From Actinomycetes bacterium (GTDB taxonomy: Bacteria; Actinomycetota; Thermoleophilia; BMS3ABIN01): DNA of 61,017 nt. The DNA is taken from positions 1-61,017 of the forward strand of contig JAJRYJ010000030.1 in the NCBI GenBank assembly GCA_024275795.1, written 5' to 3'. Numbering within the stretch: position 1 is the first letter of the stretch; each line of letters starts with the position of its first letter. The translations under genes and the position numbers were made by a program. This document shows, piece after piece, positions 9,305 through 20,874 of the stretch. Below the pieces are notes generated by a model. The model did not search any database and was not told the DNA's origin. It saw nothing but the letters and a program-made list of their open reading frames with translations.

Positions 9305-11383
9305 CTATTCCTCCTCCTTTTCCGCCTGGACCTGCTCGATGATCTTCTGCGCCAGGTGGGACGGGACTTCCTCATAACGCAGAAATTCCATGGTGTAATC
9401 CCCGCGGCCGCCGGTCATGGAACGCAGGTCCGGAGCGTAAGAGAGTATCTCCGAGAGCGGCACTTCGACGTTGACCTGGCTGGTCTTGCCCTTGGGCTCC
9501 ATGCCCAGCACCTTGCCCCGCCGGGAGTTCATGTCGCCGATGACGTCTCCCACGTTGTCCTCCGGGACCGTCACCTGTACGGACATGATCGGCTCCAGTA
9601 TCACCGGGTTTGCCTCGGCCACCGCCTTCTTCATGCCCATGGATGCGGCTATCTTGAAGGCCATCTCCGATGAATCCACCGGGTGGTGGGAACCGTCATA
9701 GACCGTCACGCTCATGTCAACGAGCGGGCTGCCCGAGAGGTCGCCCTCCTTCATGTATTCGACGACACCCTTCTCCACAGCCGGGATGAAGCCCTTGGGG
9801 ATGACACCGCCTACTACCTTATCGATGAACTCGAAGCCGGCGCCACGCTCCAGCGGCGCCACCTCCAGCCAGCAGTCGCCGTACTGGCCGCGGCCGCCGG
9901 TCTGCTTCTTGTACTTGCCCTGGGCCTGGGCGGTCTTGCGGATGGTCTCCAGGTAGGGGACACGCGGCGGCTTCAGGCTGACCTCGACACCGTAGCGTTC
10001 CTTCATCCTGTCGACAACGACCTCCACGTGCACCTGGCTGAGGCCGGAGATTATCAACTCGTTGGTCTGGGCGTCCCGCTCCACGACCAGCGTCGGGTCC
10101 TCCTCCTGCAGCCGCTTCAGGGAAGTCCCTATCTTCTCCTCATCGCCCTTGCTCTTGGGTTCTACCGCGAATGACATCACCGGATTGGGCAGCTGCACCG
10201 GCGGGAAGGTGATCTTCTTCGAATCATCGCAGAGGGAGTCGCCGGTGCTGGTGGCCTTGAGCTTGGCGACGGCGCCGATATCGCCGGGGCCGAGGGCGTC
10301 CAGGGGGCTGTTGTCCTTGCCCTGCAGCTGCAGCAACTGCCCCACGCGCTCCTTGGATTTGCTCACCGGGTTATAGACATTGCTGTCGCTCTTCAGCTCG
10401 CCCGAGACCACCTTGAGCGCGTTGATACGCCCGCTGAAGGGGTCCGCCATCGTGCGGAAGACGAAGACCGCCAGCGGTCCGTCGGCCTTGCACTCCAGTT
10501 CGATCTCGTCGCCGGAGTCCGCGTCGATGGCGGTGACGGCGCCATGGCGCGCCGGGGAAGGTATGGCATCGACCACCAGGTCAAGCAGCAGATTCGCCCC
10601 CACATTCCTGGTGGCGCAGCCGACGCCTACAGGGAAGACGCTGCCCGCGGCGACGCCGGCTTTCAGCGCCGCATGGATCTCGTCGTCACTGAGCGCCTCG
10701 CCTTCGAGGTATTTCTCCATCACGGCGTCGTCGTTCTCAGCGATGGCGTCCATCAGTTTCTCGCGGTATTCCTCCACCTGGGCGGTCATATCATCGGGAA
10801 TCTCCCCCTCGACGGCCTTGTCGCCGTCGTAGGTATAGGCCTTCATGGTCAGCAGATCCACCACGCCCTTGAAGTTGTCTTCGGAGCCGATGGGCAGCTG
10901 CGCCGCCACCACCCCCTGGCCGAAGCTCTCCTGCAGCTGTTCGAGAGCGCCCTCGAAATCCGCGCGCTCCCTGTCCATCATGTTGACGAAGATCAGGCGG
11001 CTGACGCCGTTGTCATCGCAGTAACTCCAGAGGCGTTCATGCTGTACCTCGACGCCCATGGGGGCACCGACTACGATGATCGCACCTTCCACTATACGCA
11101 GGGAGGTGATGGCGTCAGCGTGGAAGCTGGGATCGCCCGGGGTATCTATCAGATTGACCTTCCTGTCGTTCCAGGTGAGATTGCAGATGGAGGCCGATAT
11201 GGAATGCTGGCGCCGCTTCTCGTCCTCCTCGAAGTCCGCCACCGTGGTGCCCTGCTCGACCGTGCCCAGGCGGTTTATCTCTCCCGCCGTGAAAAGCAGT
11301 GATTCCGTGAGGCTGGTCTTGCCGGTGCCGCGGTGGCCGATAACAGCTACGTTACGTATCCTTGCGGGGTCTACAGCGGGCAT
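9305..11383 (-). CDS. fusA: Elongation factor G paralog (translational GTPase)
   Basis: G1 GHRGTGKTS, G3 DTPG, G4 NMMD, and EF-G domains II-V recognisable. The N-terminus diverges from canonical AHIDAGKTT, suggesting an EF-G2-type paralog. Confidence 0.9.
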   Translation of the reverse strand: MPAVDPARIRNVAVIGHRGTGKTSLTESLLFTAGEINRLGTVEQGTTVADFEEDEKRRQHSISASICNLTWNDRKVNLIDTPGDPSFHADAITSLRIVEGAIIVVGAPMGVEVQHERLWSYCDDNGVSRLIFVNMMDRERADFEGALEQLQESFGQGVVAAQLPIGSEDNFKGVVDLLTMKAYTYDGDKAVEGEIPDDMTAQVEEYREKLMDAIAENDDAVMEKYLEGEALSDDEIHAALKAGVAAGSVFPVGVGCATRNVGANLLLDLVVDAIPSPARHGAVTAIDADSGDEIELECKADGPLAVFVFRTMADPFSGRINALKVVSGELKSDSNVYNPVSKSKERVGQLLQLQGKDNSPLDALGPGDIGAVAKLKATSTGDSLCDDSKKITFPPVQLPNPVMSFAVEPKSKGDEEKIGTSLKRLQEEDPTLVVERDAQTNELIISGLSQVHVEVVVDRMKERYGVEVSLKPPRVPYLETIRKTAQAQGKYKKQTGGRGQYGDCWLEVAPLERGAGFEFIDKVVGGVIPKGFIPAVEKGVVEYMKEGDLSGSPLVDMSVTVYDGSHHPVDSSEMAFKIAASMGMKKAVAEANPVILEPIMSVQVTVPEDNVGDVIGDMNSRRGKVLGMEPKGKTSQVNVEVPLSEILSYAPDLRSMTGGRGDYTMEFLRYEEVPSHLAQKIIEQVQAEKEEE

Positions 11384-11564
11384 ATGAGCAACTCCTTTGT
11401 CGAATCGGGGATGAAACTTTCAGCGAGGCCGTCAGACGGCGGTATGGCGCTTCAAGCATTGGATTCTATCCCCTTTCCCCGTGGAATGCCATAGAGAGGA
11501 ACAGAGCCTGTCTTCAGATGAAAACAGTGAAAGCAGGGTTCGGAGCCGGTCGCCGGGGCTTTCC

Positions 11565-12602
11565 CTATTCCACCCGCAGGATGCCGTTGGCCCTGCGGCT
11601 GACATGGTTGACCGAATGCACCAGGGAGCCGTCCCGCAGGTCGATCACATAGAGGGTGCTGTCGGATGCGGGGTCTGTGCCGGCGGTGAACATATATACG
11701 CCGTCCGCACTGAAAGCTGCATCGTAATAGACGATGCCAGGTTGCCCTGCCGGGTTCCAGGTGCCGATCACGGTCATGCTTGCGGCGTCTACCCGGGCGA
11801 TGCCGCCGTTTCCCATGACGAATACCTGGGAGCCGTCGGGGGAGACGGCCGCCTTGTTGGCCTGCTGAAGCGGCAGTTCCACCGAGGCCGACTCTGCCGC
11901 CGCGGGCCAGGCAGCGTCCAGCAGCACGGGGGCGCCGGAGGTCTTGCTGCCACTGACATAGGCGCGCGTTCCCTCATGGTTCCAGGCGATGCCCCGTATG
12001 GCCTCAAGGCTGTCGAAGGTCAGCGGCTCGGGCGCCAGGGACCCGGACTCCGGGTCCAGCACATACAGGCGGCCGTCCCCGCTGCCCGGCGTGCCGTCAG
12101 CGGCGTAGAGCATGCCGTCGGGGCCGGGGGAGAGGGTCAGCAGGGATGCCGCGGGGGAATCGATCACGTTGCCGCTGCGGTTCCAGTTCCGTCCGTCCCA
12201 GCGGAATTCATCGATGCGGCCGTTGGCGATGCTGGCGACGTACATGCTGCTGCCGTCCGGCGTCACGTAAACGTCGGCGGGCCCGGCAGCGGAGGTCTGC
12301 TCGATGGACTCCTCGACGAAACCGCTGACATTGTCATAGATGCGTATGCTGCCCCACTCCGGCACCGGCCCGTCCTGGTCGGCGATGTAGAGCAGGGCTC
12401 CCTGCCAGTCTGCGGTGCGGTCGATCACCTGGCGCTGGGGCGCGGAGGTGTCGGGAGGGGAAGAGGTGCAACCTGCGGCGGCAACAAGCAGCAGGACGAG
12501 CGTTGCGCTGAGCGCCAAACTACTTATTATATGTATCCCTGTATGTATCCCGGGAAATCTCCGTGCGGATGACGGGTAACCGCGTATGATGTGTTTGCGC
12601 AT
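11565..12602 (-). CDS. Lipoprotein with YVTN/lactonase-type beta-propeller repeats
   Basis: Signal peptide with lipobox (LLVAAAGC) and recurring (Y/A)V(T/S)PDGS..(Y/F)V blades. Confidence 0.75.
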   Translation of the reverse strand: MRKHIIRGYPSSARRFPGIHTGIHIISSLALSATLVLLLVAAAGCTSSPPDTSAPQRQVIDRTADWQGALLYIADQDGPVPEWGSIRIYDNVSGFVEESIEQTSAAGPADVYVTPDGSSMYVASIANGRIDEFRWDGRNWNRSGNVIDSPAASLLTLSPGPDGMLYAADGTPGSGDGRLYVLDPESGSLAPEPLTFDSLEAIRGIAWNHEGTRAYVSGSKTSGAPVLLDAAWPAAAESASVELPLQQANKAAVSPDGSQVFVMGNGGIARVDAASMTVIGTWNPAGQPGIVYYDAAFSADGVYMFTAGTDPASDSTLYVIDLRDGSLVHSVNHVSRRANGILRVE

Positions 12603-12729
12603 GCTGTCCCTGATTATTGATTTGCGTCACTTATAGCATTTTATTGGGGTTTTTGCCGTTTGGCGAGGGGGAGGGGGGGAATAATGCTAGTGAGCGGCCA
12701 GCCAGGCCATCGAGAAAGGATTGGTGTCG

Positions 12730-12987
12730 ATGAAGGTAAAATGTCCCGGAAGTGACGTAGAGATAACCATTGTCAACTGCCCGAAATGCGGCAGCGAGGT
12801 GGAGCTGTTCACCGGTGACGCCAAGGCTAAATGCACCGACTGTGGGCAGTGGGTGCCGCGCGAAGTGGCTTCCTGCATAGAATGGTGCCCCGGCGCGGAG
12901 CAGTGTTTCAGCCATGTCTACAAGGACAAGGAGCAGAACCAGGCACAGGAAGGGGCCGCAGAGGAGGAAGGCAAGTCCGGCAGTTGA
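12730..12987 (+). CDS. Small Cys-rich zinc-ribbon protein (hypothetical)
   Basis: CPxC...CxxC ribbon (NCPKCG...CTDCG) plus three further Cys and an acidic tail. AAAGGA lies 9 nt upstream of the ATG at 12730. Confidence 0.5.
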   Translation: MKVKCPGSDVEITIVNCPKCGSEVELFTGDAKAKCTDCGQWVPREVASCIEWCPGAEQCFSHVYKDKEQNQAQEGAAEEEGKSGS

Positions 12988-13157
12988 GCCTGCGGCCGGC
13001 TGGGGACGCCTGCGGTTGCCTGTAAAACGTCCGCCGCCCATATTCCAGACAGTTCGCAAATGCCCGTGTTTACGGGCTTTTTATCGCTCTGAGCAGGCTT
13101 TTTGGCTGATAAAGACATCTGTTTGACAAACCCCGGCGCGCTGTCTATACTTTCCGA

Positions 13158-13184
13158 TTGGCACTCTATGGGTTAGAGTGCCAG
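13158..13184 (+). promoter_or_regulatory. CIRCE operator (HrcA binding site) upstream of groES
   Basis: TTGGCACTC-N9-GAGTGCCAG versus the consensus TTAGCACTC-N9-GAGTGCTAA. It lies 47 nt upstream of the groES ATG. Confidence 0.85.
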
Positions 13185-13230
13185 CCAAGGTCGTCAATTA
13201 CAAACACAAGCTTTGAAGGAGGGTCGTTTT

Positions 13231-13518
13231 ATGAATCTGAAACCTCTCGAAGACCGGGTGATCGTCAAGACCGTGGAGAGCGAGGACGTGACCGCCAGCG
13301 GCATCGTGCTGCCGGACACCGCCCAGGAGAAGCCCCAGCGCGGCAAGGTGATCGCCGTGGGCGAAGGCCGCGTCAACGAGGATGGCAGCCGTTCCCCCAT
13401 CGACGTCAAGAAGGGCGACGAGGTCATCTACAGCAAGTACGGCGGAACCGAAATCAAGATCGACGGCGAGGAACTGTTGATCATGAAGGCCAGTGACATC
13501 CTCGCCAAGGTCGTATAG
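13231..13518 (+). CDS. groES: Co-chaperonin GroES
   Basis: [13 protein letters not shown]...[10 protein letters not shown]...; SD GGAGGG lies upstream. Confidence 0.97.
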   Translation: MNLKPLEDRVIVKTVESEDVTASGIVLPDTAQEKPQRGKVIAVGEGRVNEDGSRSPIDVKKGDEVIYSKYGGTEIKIDGEELLIMKASDILAKVV

Positions 13519-15159
<1,641 letters not shown>

Positions 15160-15252
15160 GAAAGGCTGAAGCCGGCAACAGACCCGGCGTCGGTCGCTGG
15201 TACGGCGGAACGCTGTCAATAGCGCAGATCGCCGTCAATAGCGCAACCATCA

Positions 15253-15282
15253 GGCGGGCCCCTTGCGGGGCCCGCCTTTTTA
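15253..15282 (+). terminator. Intrinsic terminator after groEL
   Basis: ggcgggcccc-ttgc-ggggcccgcc followed by TTTTT. Confidence 0.85.
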
Positions 15283-15559
15283 TACGTGCTCGGCCGTAGT
15301 CGATGAATCGTCTCCGGAAAGCGAAAGACCCTCGAGATGAGGGTCTTTCGCCGGGTATAAGGGATGAAGGGGTGAAACAGGCACACACCCTTCTGCTTTT
15401 CCTTCTACCCGATTTTAAGAATTCCTCTCACATTTTTTCCTTTTCTCAAAAGTGAATACATGACCATAATTGTCATAAAAAGCGAGGAAATCCGCACAAT
15501 TTGTATAACATATATACGCTCAATATCAAGGACAAAAGCTTGAGCAGCTGCAGCGGCGC

Positions 15560-16501
15560 CTATGCGAGTTCGATCAGGGATGATGCCAATTCCTGCATAT
15601 GCTGCCAATCATTGATATGTAACAGCCAGCGTTCCGGAATCGCCTCGAAACCGTAGGCGGCGCCGGCCAGCGCGCCGGTGACGGCGCCGATGGTGTCGCT
15701 GTCGCCGCCGAGGTTGACGGCGATGGTCACCGCGTCCTCGAAGGAATCGCTGTGCAGCAGGGCCCAGATGGAGCACTCAAGGGTATCGAGCACGTAGCCT
15801 CCGGGGCTGAGCGTATCCTCGCTCGCCGAGAGCGCCGCGTGCTTTGTCCGCTCCAGCACCTGGTAGACAACATCGCCGCGATGGGCACAGGTGGCGAGGG
15901 CGTTGTCCACGGCCCTGCGGGGCTCGGCGCCGGCCAGCATCTCGGCGATCACCAGGTTGACCAGGGCGCATGACCACTGGCATTCGGCATGGGGATGGGT
16001 GATACGGGAGCTGAGGCGGCTGTCCTCGATGAGCACCGACATGGATCCGTGATCCAGGAGCGCTACGGGCGCGCACCGCATCAGCGACCCGTTGCCGGCG
16101 CTCGCCGGGTTGTCCGCCTGTACCTCCAGGGAAGCCTGCTCCCAGTCCTTAAGGTCGGCGATCCTTTCAAGCACGGCGGTGGTATGGGCGCCGATGCCCT
16201 TGGGCCGGAAACGATACCACGTGGCCAGTCTGAAGGCGATGTCATCCGGGTCCAGGCCGCCGCGGTCGATGATGCTCTCCGCCAGCGCCAGGGTCTGGGC
16301 CGTGTCGTCCGTCGTCTCGCCCGGTTCCAGGCCCAGGCGACCGCCGCCGATCATCTCATTCAGGAACCCGTAACGTTCGAAGATTTCCCGGCGCGTCATC
16401 CCTTCCACGGGCCCTCCCAGGGCGTCGCCTGCCGCCAGGCCCACGAGGCAGCCGGCGGCCTGATCAAGCACGATCTCTGCGGGTGTCTGTTCGATGGTCA
16501 T
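15560..16501 (-). CDS. ADP-ribosylglycohydrolase family protein
   Basis: N-terminal GAAAGDALGGPVEG and C-terminal GGDSDT.GA..GALAGA motifs typical of the DraG/ARH family. Confidence 0.85.
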   Translation of the reverse strand: MTIEQTPAEIVLDQAAGCLVGLAAGDALGGPVEGMTRREIFERYGFLNEMIGGGRLGLEPGETTDDTAQTLALAESIIDRGGLDPDDIAFRLATWYRFRPKGIGAHTTAVLERIADLKDWEQASLEVQADNPASAGNGSLMRCAPVALLDHGSMSVLIEDSRLSSRITHPHAECQWSCALVNLVIAEMLAGAEPRRAVDNALATCAHRGDVVYQVLERTKHAALSASEDTLSPGGYVLDTLECSIWALLHSDSFEDAVTIAVNLGGDSDTIGAVTGALAGAAYGFEAIPERWLLHINDWQHMQELASSLIELA

Positions 16502-16512
16502 GGCTCAGAAAA

Positions 16513-18456
16513 TCAGGTGACGATCTCACCGGTCATGGATATATCATACCCCCCCAGGGCCAAAACTCTATCCTTGAACTCGGGGGAGCGGATCACCTCG
16601 AGCAGCGAAACGATTCGCACTGTATCCATGAAGCGCCCGGGTATGGCGAGATCGAAGCGCTCCGTGGCTACGGGTATGAAGTCGAGGCCCAGCGCCGCCG
16701 CCGCCGCGAGGATGCCCATGCCGGCGTCCGCGGTTCCCTCCAGCACCGCCGCCGCAACGGCCATGTGGGAATATTCCTCCCGGTCGTATCCCTCGATCAC
16801 TCCGGCATCGAGGCTCCTCTGCTTCAGGTGGTAGTCAAGCAGTACCCTGGTGCCGGAACCCTTCTGGCGGTTGATGAACGACATGTTTGCGCGCGCCAGG
16901 TCTTCGATGCCGCCGATCTTCAGGGGATTGCCCGGCGCGACCATCAGGCCCTGTTCCCTGAAGGACAGGTTCACCAGATTGATGTCCGCTTCCGGCAGGT
17001 AGCGCTGCACGTAACTCCTGTTGTATTCGCCCGTATCCTCGTCGAGCAGATGCGTGCCTGCAATGTGGGCTTCGCCCCGCTTCAGGGCCATCAGCCCTCC
17101 GAGGCTGCCGATGCGGGCGCTTGAGAGGCTGAGCCCGGGGAACCTGTGCCGGAGCTCGCTGGCGAGGATGTCCAGGCAGATATCATGGCTGCCGAGGGCG
17201 ACGATGGTGTTCTCCACATCCTCCAGGTCCTTGAGCAGTTCAACCTCCACCTGCTCCCCGGCCCTGACGCCTTCGCTTGCCTCAGGTATGCGCAGGATGC
17301 CGTCTGCCCGCACCATGGACATCAGGGCGCCGGCGCCCCGCTCTATCGGGGCGGCTACCAGCTTGTCGTCCACCCTGCCAAGCTTGACGCGGACGAACTC
17401 CTCCGAACCCAGGCTTGAAGCTATCTTGCGCGGCATATGCGCGCTCACCTTCTGGGCCGCCGCCGACTGCCTTCCCTGAAGGCTGTATGCCAGCGGCCGC
17501 GCGAAAAACTCCATGTCCAGCGCCGCCGAGACCGGATAGCCGGGAATACCCAGAACCGGCGTCTCATCGACGATTCCCAGCACGACCGGTTTTCCGGGCC
17601 TGATGCGCACCCCGTGCACCAGCACCTCGCCCAGTTCCCGGATGGCGTGGACCGTGAAGTCACGGCTGCCTGCCGAGGAACCCGCGTTGATGATGACCAG
17701 GTGATGGTCGCCGGTGGCGGCGGCCAGCGCCTGCTTGATCTCTTCCAGTTCGTCGGCGACTATCCCGTGCCGTAGGGGCTCACAGCCCCACTGGCTGGCC
17801 ATGCTCGCCAGCAGCCGCGAGTTGAACTCGATGATGTCACCGCGCCTGAGCGGCGTCCCCGGCTGAACCAGCTCCGAGCCGGTGGGGATTATCATCACAC
17901 GCGGCCGCGTACGCACCCTCACCTGTGTCAGTCCCCCCGCAAGCATCGCCGCCAGGTCGACGGGGCGAATCAGGTGATTCTCCGGCAGGATGAGTTCGGT
18001 GGCGACGATGTCCTCCCCGACCGTCCTCACATGCTGCCAGGGGGTGACGGGCGACGTTATCTCGATACCGGCGGCGACCTGGTCTACGTCCTCGATCATG
18101 ATTACCGCGTCGAAGCCTTCCGGCAAGGGATCGCCCGTATCCACCGGCTTTGCCTGTGAGCCGATCTCCAGACGCACCGGCTCCGCCTCGGAGGCGTTGA
18201 AGGTCTCCTGGAACCGCACTGCGTAGCCGTCCATGGCTGAGCAGTGGTTGTGGGGGGACGACTCCCCGGCGAACACCGGCTCCGCTGTCACCCTGCCCAG
18301 GCTGTCGTCAACGGGAATCGCAACCGCCCCCAGGGGATCGCTCAGACCGCGTTGCGACAGGGCCTCAAGCCACCGGTTGACGGCCTCGGCCAGCGAGATA
18401 TTGCTGAGATACACGATCCTGTCCGGGCCGTCGGCATTCAAAACAGTTCCACCCAT
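16513..18456 (-). CDS. MoeA-type molybdopterin molybdotransferase fused to a C-terminal periplasmic-binding-protein-like domain
   Basis: MoeA N, central and C-terminal regions (MDGYAVR, PTGSEL, GPG.S.G..D) followed by a ~230-aa PBP-like domain. 647 aa. Confidence 0.85.
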   Translation of the reverse strand: MGGTVLNADGPDRIVYLSNISLAEAVNRWLEALSQRGLSDPLGAVAIPVDDSLGRVTAEPVFAGESSPHNHCSAMDGYAVRFQETFNASEAEPVRLEIGSQAKPVDTGDPLPEGFDAVIMIEDVDQVAAGIEITSPVTPWQHVRTVGEDIVATELILPENHLIRPVDLAAMLAGGLTQVRVRTRPRVMIIPTGSELVQPGTPLRRGDIIEFNSRLLASMASQWGCEPLRHGIVADELEEIKQALAAATGDHHLVIINAGSSAGSRDFTVHAIRELGEVLVHGVRIRPGKPVVLGIVDETPVLGIPGYPVSAALDMEFFARPLAYSLQGRQSAAAQKVSAHMPRKIASSLGSEEFVRVKLGRVDDKLVAAPIERGAGALMSMVRADGILRIPEASEGVRAGEQVEVELLKDLEDVENTIVALGSHDICLDILASELRHRFPGLSLSSARIGSLGGLMALKRGEAHIAGTHLLDEDTGEYNRSYVQRYLPEADINLVNLSFREQGLMVAPGNPLKIGGIEDLARANMSFINRQKGSGTRVLLDYHLKQRSLDAGVIEGYDREEYSHMAVAAAVLEGTADAGMGILAAAAALGLDFIPVATERFDLAIPGRFMDTVRIVSLLEVIRSPEFKDRVLALGGYDISMTGEIVT

Positions 18457-19688
18457 ACCCTGTCGCCGCGCATGACGCCCTCCGCCTCGAAGGGGATCAC
18501 CGCCACGCCGTCCGCACGCACCATCAGCGAGATCAGGCCGGATTTTCCCATGATCGGCTGTGCCCGGAGCCCGTCCTCCTCGTGAATGAGGGTGACCCGG
18601 TGCCTGTCCTCGCGCCCGGCTACCGAGGCCAGGTTGCGCCCGATCCTGGCGCTGATCCGCCTGATATCCGGGCTGGGACTACGGTCTCCCGTAAACAGGA
18701 AATGCACCACCGGTTCCACCACCAGCCGGTAGACGTCCATGGAGCTGATGGCGTGGCCGGGAAGGCCGAAGACCGGCTTGCCGTCCAGGACCGCCAGGAT
18801 CGTTGGCTTGCCCGGCTTGATGGAGAGACCATGGACGAGTACCCCCGGCTCGCCGATTGCCTCGATCACCCGCGGAGTCAGGTCGGCCAGGCCGACGGAA
18901 CTGCCACCGGAGATCAGCACCATGTCGCACTCACGCAGACCCTGCCGTACATGCTGCTGCAGCTGCTTCTCGTCATCGCCGCAGATTCCCAGTACAACCG
19001 GCTCCGCACCGGAAGCGCGCGCGCTGGCCGCCAGCGAATAACGGTTGATATCGCGGATGCGGCCGGCCTCAAGCTCATCTCCGGCATCGATGATCTCGTC
19101 CCCGGTGGAGAGCAGGCCCAGCCTCAGGGGGCGCTTTACCGGCACGGAGGGCAGGCCGACGGCGGCCAACGCTCCCAGGTCCTGGGGACGCAGGCGCCTG
19201 CCGGCCTCAAGCAGCAGCTCGCCGCGTCCGATGTCCTTGCCGGCGCCGACGATGTTCTCTCCCGGGCCTACGGAGCTGCTTATCTCCAGCGTATGGGCGT
19301 CGATGGTCGTCGTGTACTCGACCATGATGACGGCATCCGCGCCGTCGGGGATCATCCCGCCGGTGGCGATGGCGGCGGTCTGCCCCGCGGCCAGCCGCAG
19401 CCCGGGGTCTTCACCCATGGCCACCTCTCCGGTGATCTCCAGGTAGACCGGGTTGCTCCCGGAGGCCCCGAACGTGTCCGCGGCCCTGACGGCATACCCA
19501 TCCATTGTCGAGCGGGTGAAGGGGGGCACCTGTTCCGGCGAGCGAATATCGCTCGCGAGGTAGCGGCCGAGGGCGGCTTCCAGGGGGCAGGATTCATCCT
19601 CCAGGTGCGGGTCGGGAAGCCGCGCCAGCAGGACATCGAGGGCCTGCTTGGGGGTCACTACCGTGAAAAGTTCCGCTGATTCCTCCAT
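18438..19688 (-). CDS. moeA: Molybdopterin molybdotransferase MoeA
   Basis: MDGYAVR, STGDE, ISGGSSVG and PG.P motifs. Overlaps the downstream moeA-fusion start by 19 nt. Confidence 0.9.
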   Translation of the reverse strand: MEESAELFTVVTPKQALDVLLARLPDPHLEDESCPLEAALGRYLASDIRSPEQVPPFTRSTMDGYAVRAADTFGASGSNPVYLEITGEVAMGEDPGLRLAAGQTAAIATGGMIPDGADAVIMVEYTTTIDAHTLEISSSVGPGENIVGAGKDIGRGELLLEAGRRLRPQDLGALAAVGLPSVPVKRPLRLGLLSTGDEIIDAGDELEAGRIRDINRYSLAASARASGAEPVVLGICGDDEKQLQQHVRQGLRECDMVLISGGSSVGLADLTPRVIEAIGEPGVLVHGLSIKPGKPTILAVLDGKPVFGLPGHAISSMDVYRLVVEPVVHFLFTGDRSPSPDIRRISARIGRNLASVAGREDRHRVTLIHEEDGLRAQPIMGKSGLISLMVRADGVAVIPFEAEGVMRGDRVWVELF

Positions 19689-19699
19689 GAGTGCGCTCC

Positions 19700-20872
19700 T
19701 CAGTGGTTGACGCCTGCGGCCGGGCCGGCCGGCCGGGTCCAGGCGACTACCTCACGCTGGACCGCCGCGATATCGCCGCTTTCCTCGTATAACCTGATCT
19801 GACGTTGTGCCCCGTTGCCGCGTTCGAGTATGGACTCGATGCGGCTGACATGTGCTGCCAGGCCCAGCCGCGAGTGTTGGGAGGCCGTATACTCCAGCAG
19901 GCCCAGAACGGCGTCACGGGTGGGAATCTCCCGTCTCGCCTCGAAGTCGACCAGGCACCCGTCCAGCCCGTAACGGATAGCGCGCCAGAAATTCTCCTCG
20001 ACGCGGTTGGAGTCCAGCACCGTCAGCTTCCTGCCCTCATCGTAGTCCTCGGCCAGCTGGGCCACGAGCGCCAGCACCAGGGCGGAGAGCGCCAGCGTAT
20101 CCCGGATGTCGCTCTGGCAGTCACAGACACGCACCTCCAGGGTGCCGAAAAGGGGATGGGGCCGGACACTCCACCATATCTGGGTTATCTCATCAATGGA
20201 GCCCGCCTGAAAGAGTGTGCCGACGTAATCGGCGTAGCCGTCCCAGCCGTCGAGAGGACCGGGTATGTTGCAGCGTGGAAAGAATTTCGTGAAAAGCTGG
20301 GTCCTGGTGGAATGCAGGTAAGTGTAGCGTCCCTCGGCAAAAGGTGAGTTTGCCGACAGGGCCAGCAGCTGCGGCAGCAGTCCGCGCATGGAATTATAGA
20401 CGGCGATGACGCGTTCGTGGCCCTTGACGCCCACGTGGGTATGGGTGCCGAAGGTGGTGTTGCGCCAGGCGCAATATCTCAGCCGTTCTTCGACTATCCG
20501 GTAATGGGGGGTGTCGAGTATCCGCTGGTCGCGCCAGTCGGCGAAAGGATGGGTGCCGGAAGCGCCCAGGGTGATGCCGAGGCCCGCCGCCGCATTGAAC
20601 AGTCCGGCGCGTTTCTGCGCCAGATCCGCTTCAGCAGACGCCATGTCCGGATTCTGCTGCGTGCATACCTCGATCTCGGAGGCGATCAGCTCGCCGCGGA
20701 CGAAACTGCCGAGTTCGGCCCTCGAGGCCTCCTGGAGTTCCTCAAAACGGTGAACGAGCTCCAGACTGTCCGGATCCAGCAGCTGGAACTCTTCCTCAAT
20801 TCCTACACTCAGGTCCGTGGCGCCATCGAACATGGCTGCAGCCGCCTCGAGGCTGTATTTCTCTGCGGCCAC
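19700..20872 (-). CDS. Carboxylate-amine ligase, YbdK / glutamate-cysteine ligase family 2
   Basis: VGIEEEFQLLD...GTHPF...TH.HVGV...ANSPF pattern of GCS2. Confidence 0.85.
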   Translation of the reverse strand: MAAEKYSLEAAAAMFDGATDLSVGIEEEFQLLDPDSLELVHRFEELQEASRAELGSFVRGELIASEIEVCTQQNPDMASAEADLAQKRAGLFNAAAGLGITLGASGTHPFADWRDQRILDTPHYRIVEERLRYCAWRNTTFGTHTHVGVKGHERVIAVYNSMRGLLPQLLALSANSPFAEGRYTYLHSTRTQLFTKFFPRCNIPGPLDGWDGYADYVGTLFQAGSIDEITQIWWSVRPHPLFGTLEVRVCDCQSDIRDTLALSALVLALVAQLAEDYDEGRKLTVLDSNRVEENFWRAIRYGLDGCLVDFEARREIPTRDAVLGLLEYTASQHSRLGLAAHVSRIESILERGNGAQRQIRLYEESGDIAAVQREVVAWTRPAGPAAGVNH

Positions 20873-20874
20873 GC

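Noticed and set aside
12631-13059. 142-aa minus-strand ORF upstream of groES.
   Set aside because: It has no SD or motifs and overlaps both the plus-strand zinc-ribbon ORF, which has a coherent Cys pattern, and the CIRCE/groES promoter region.
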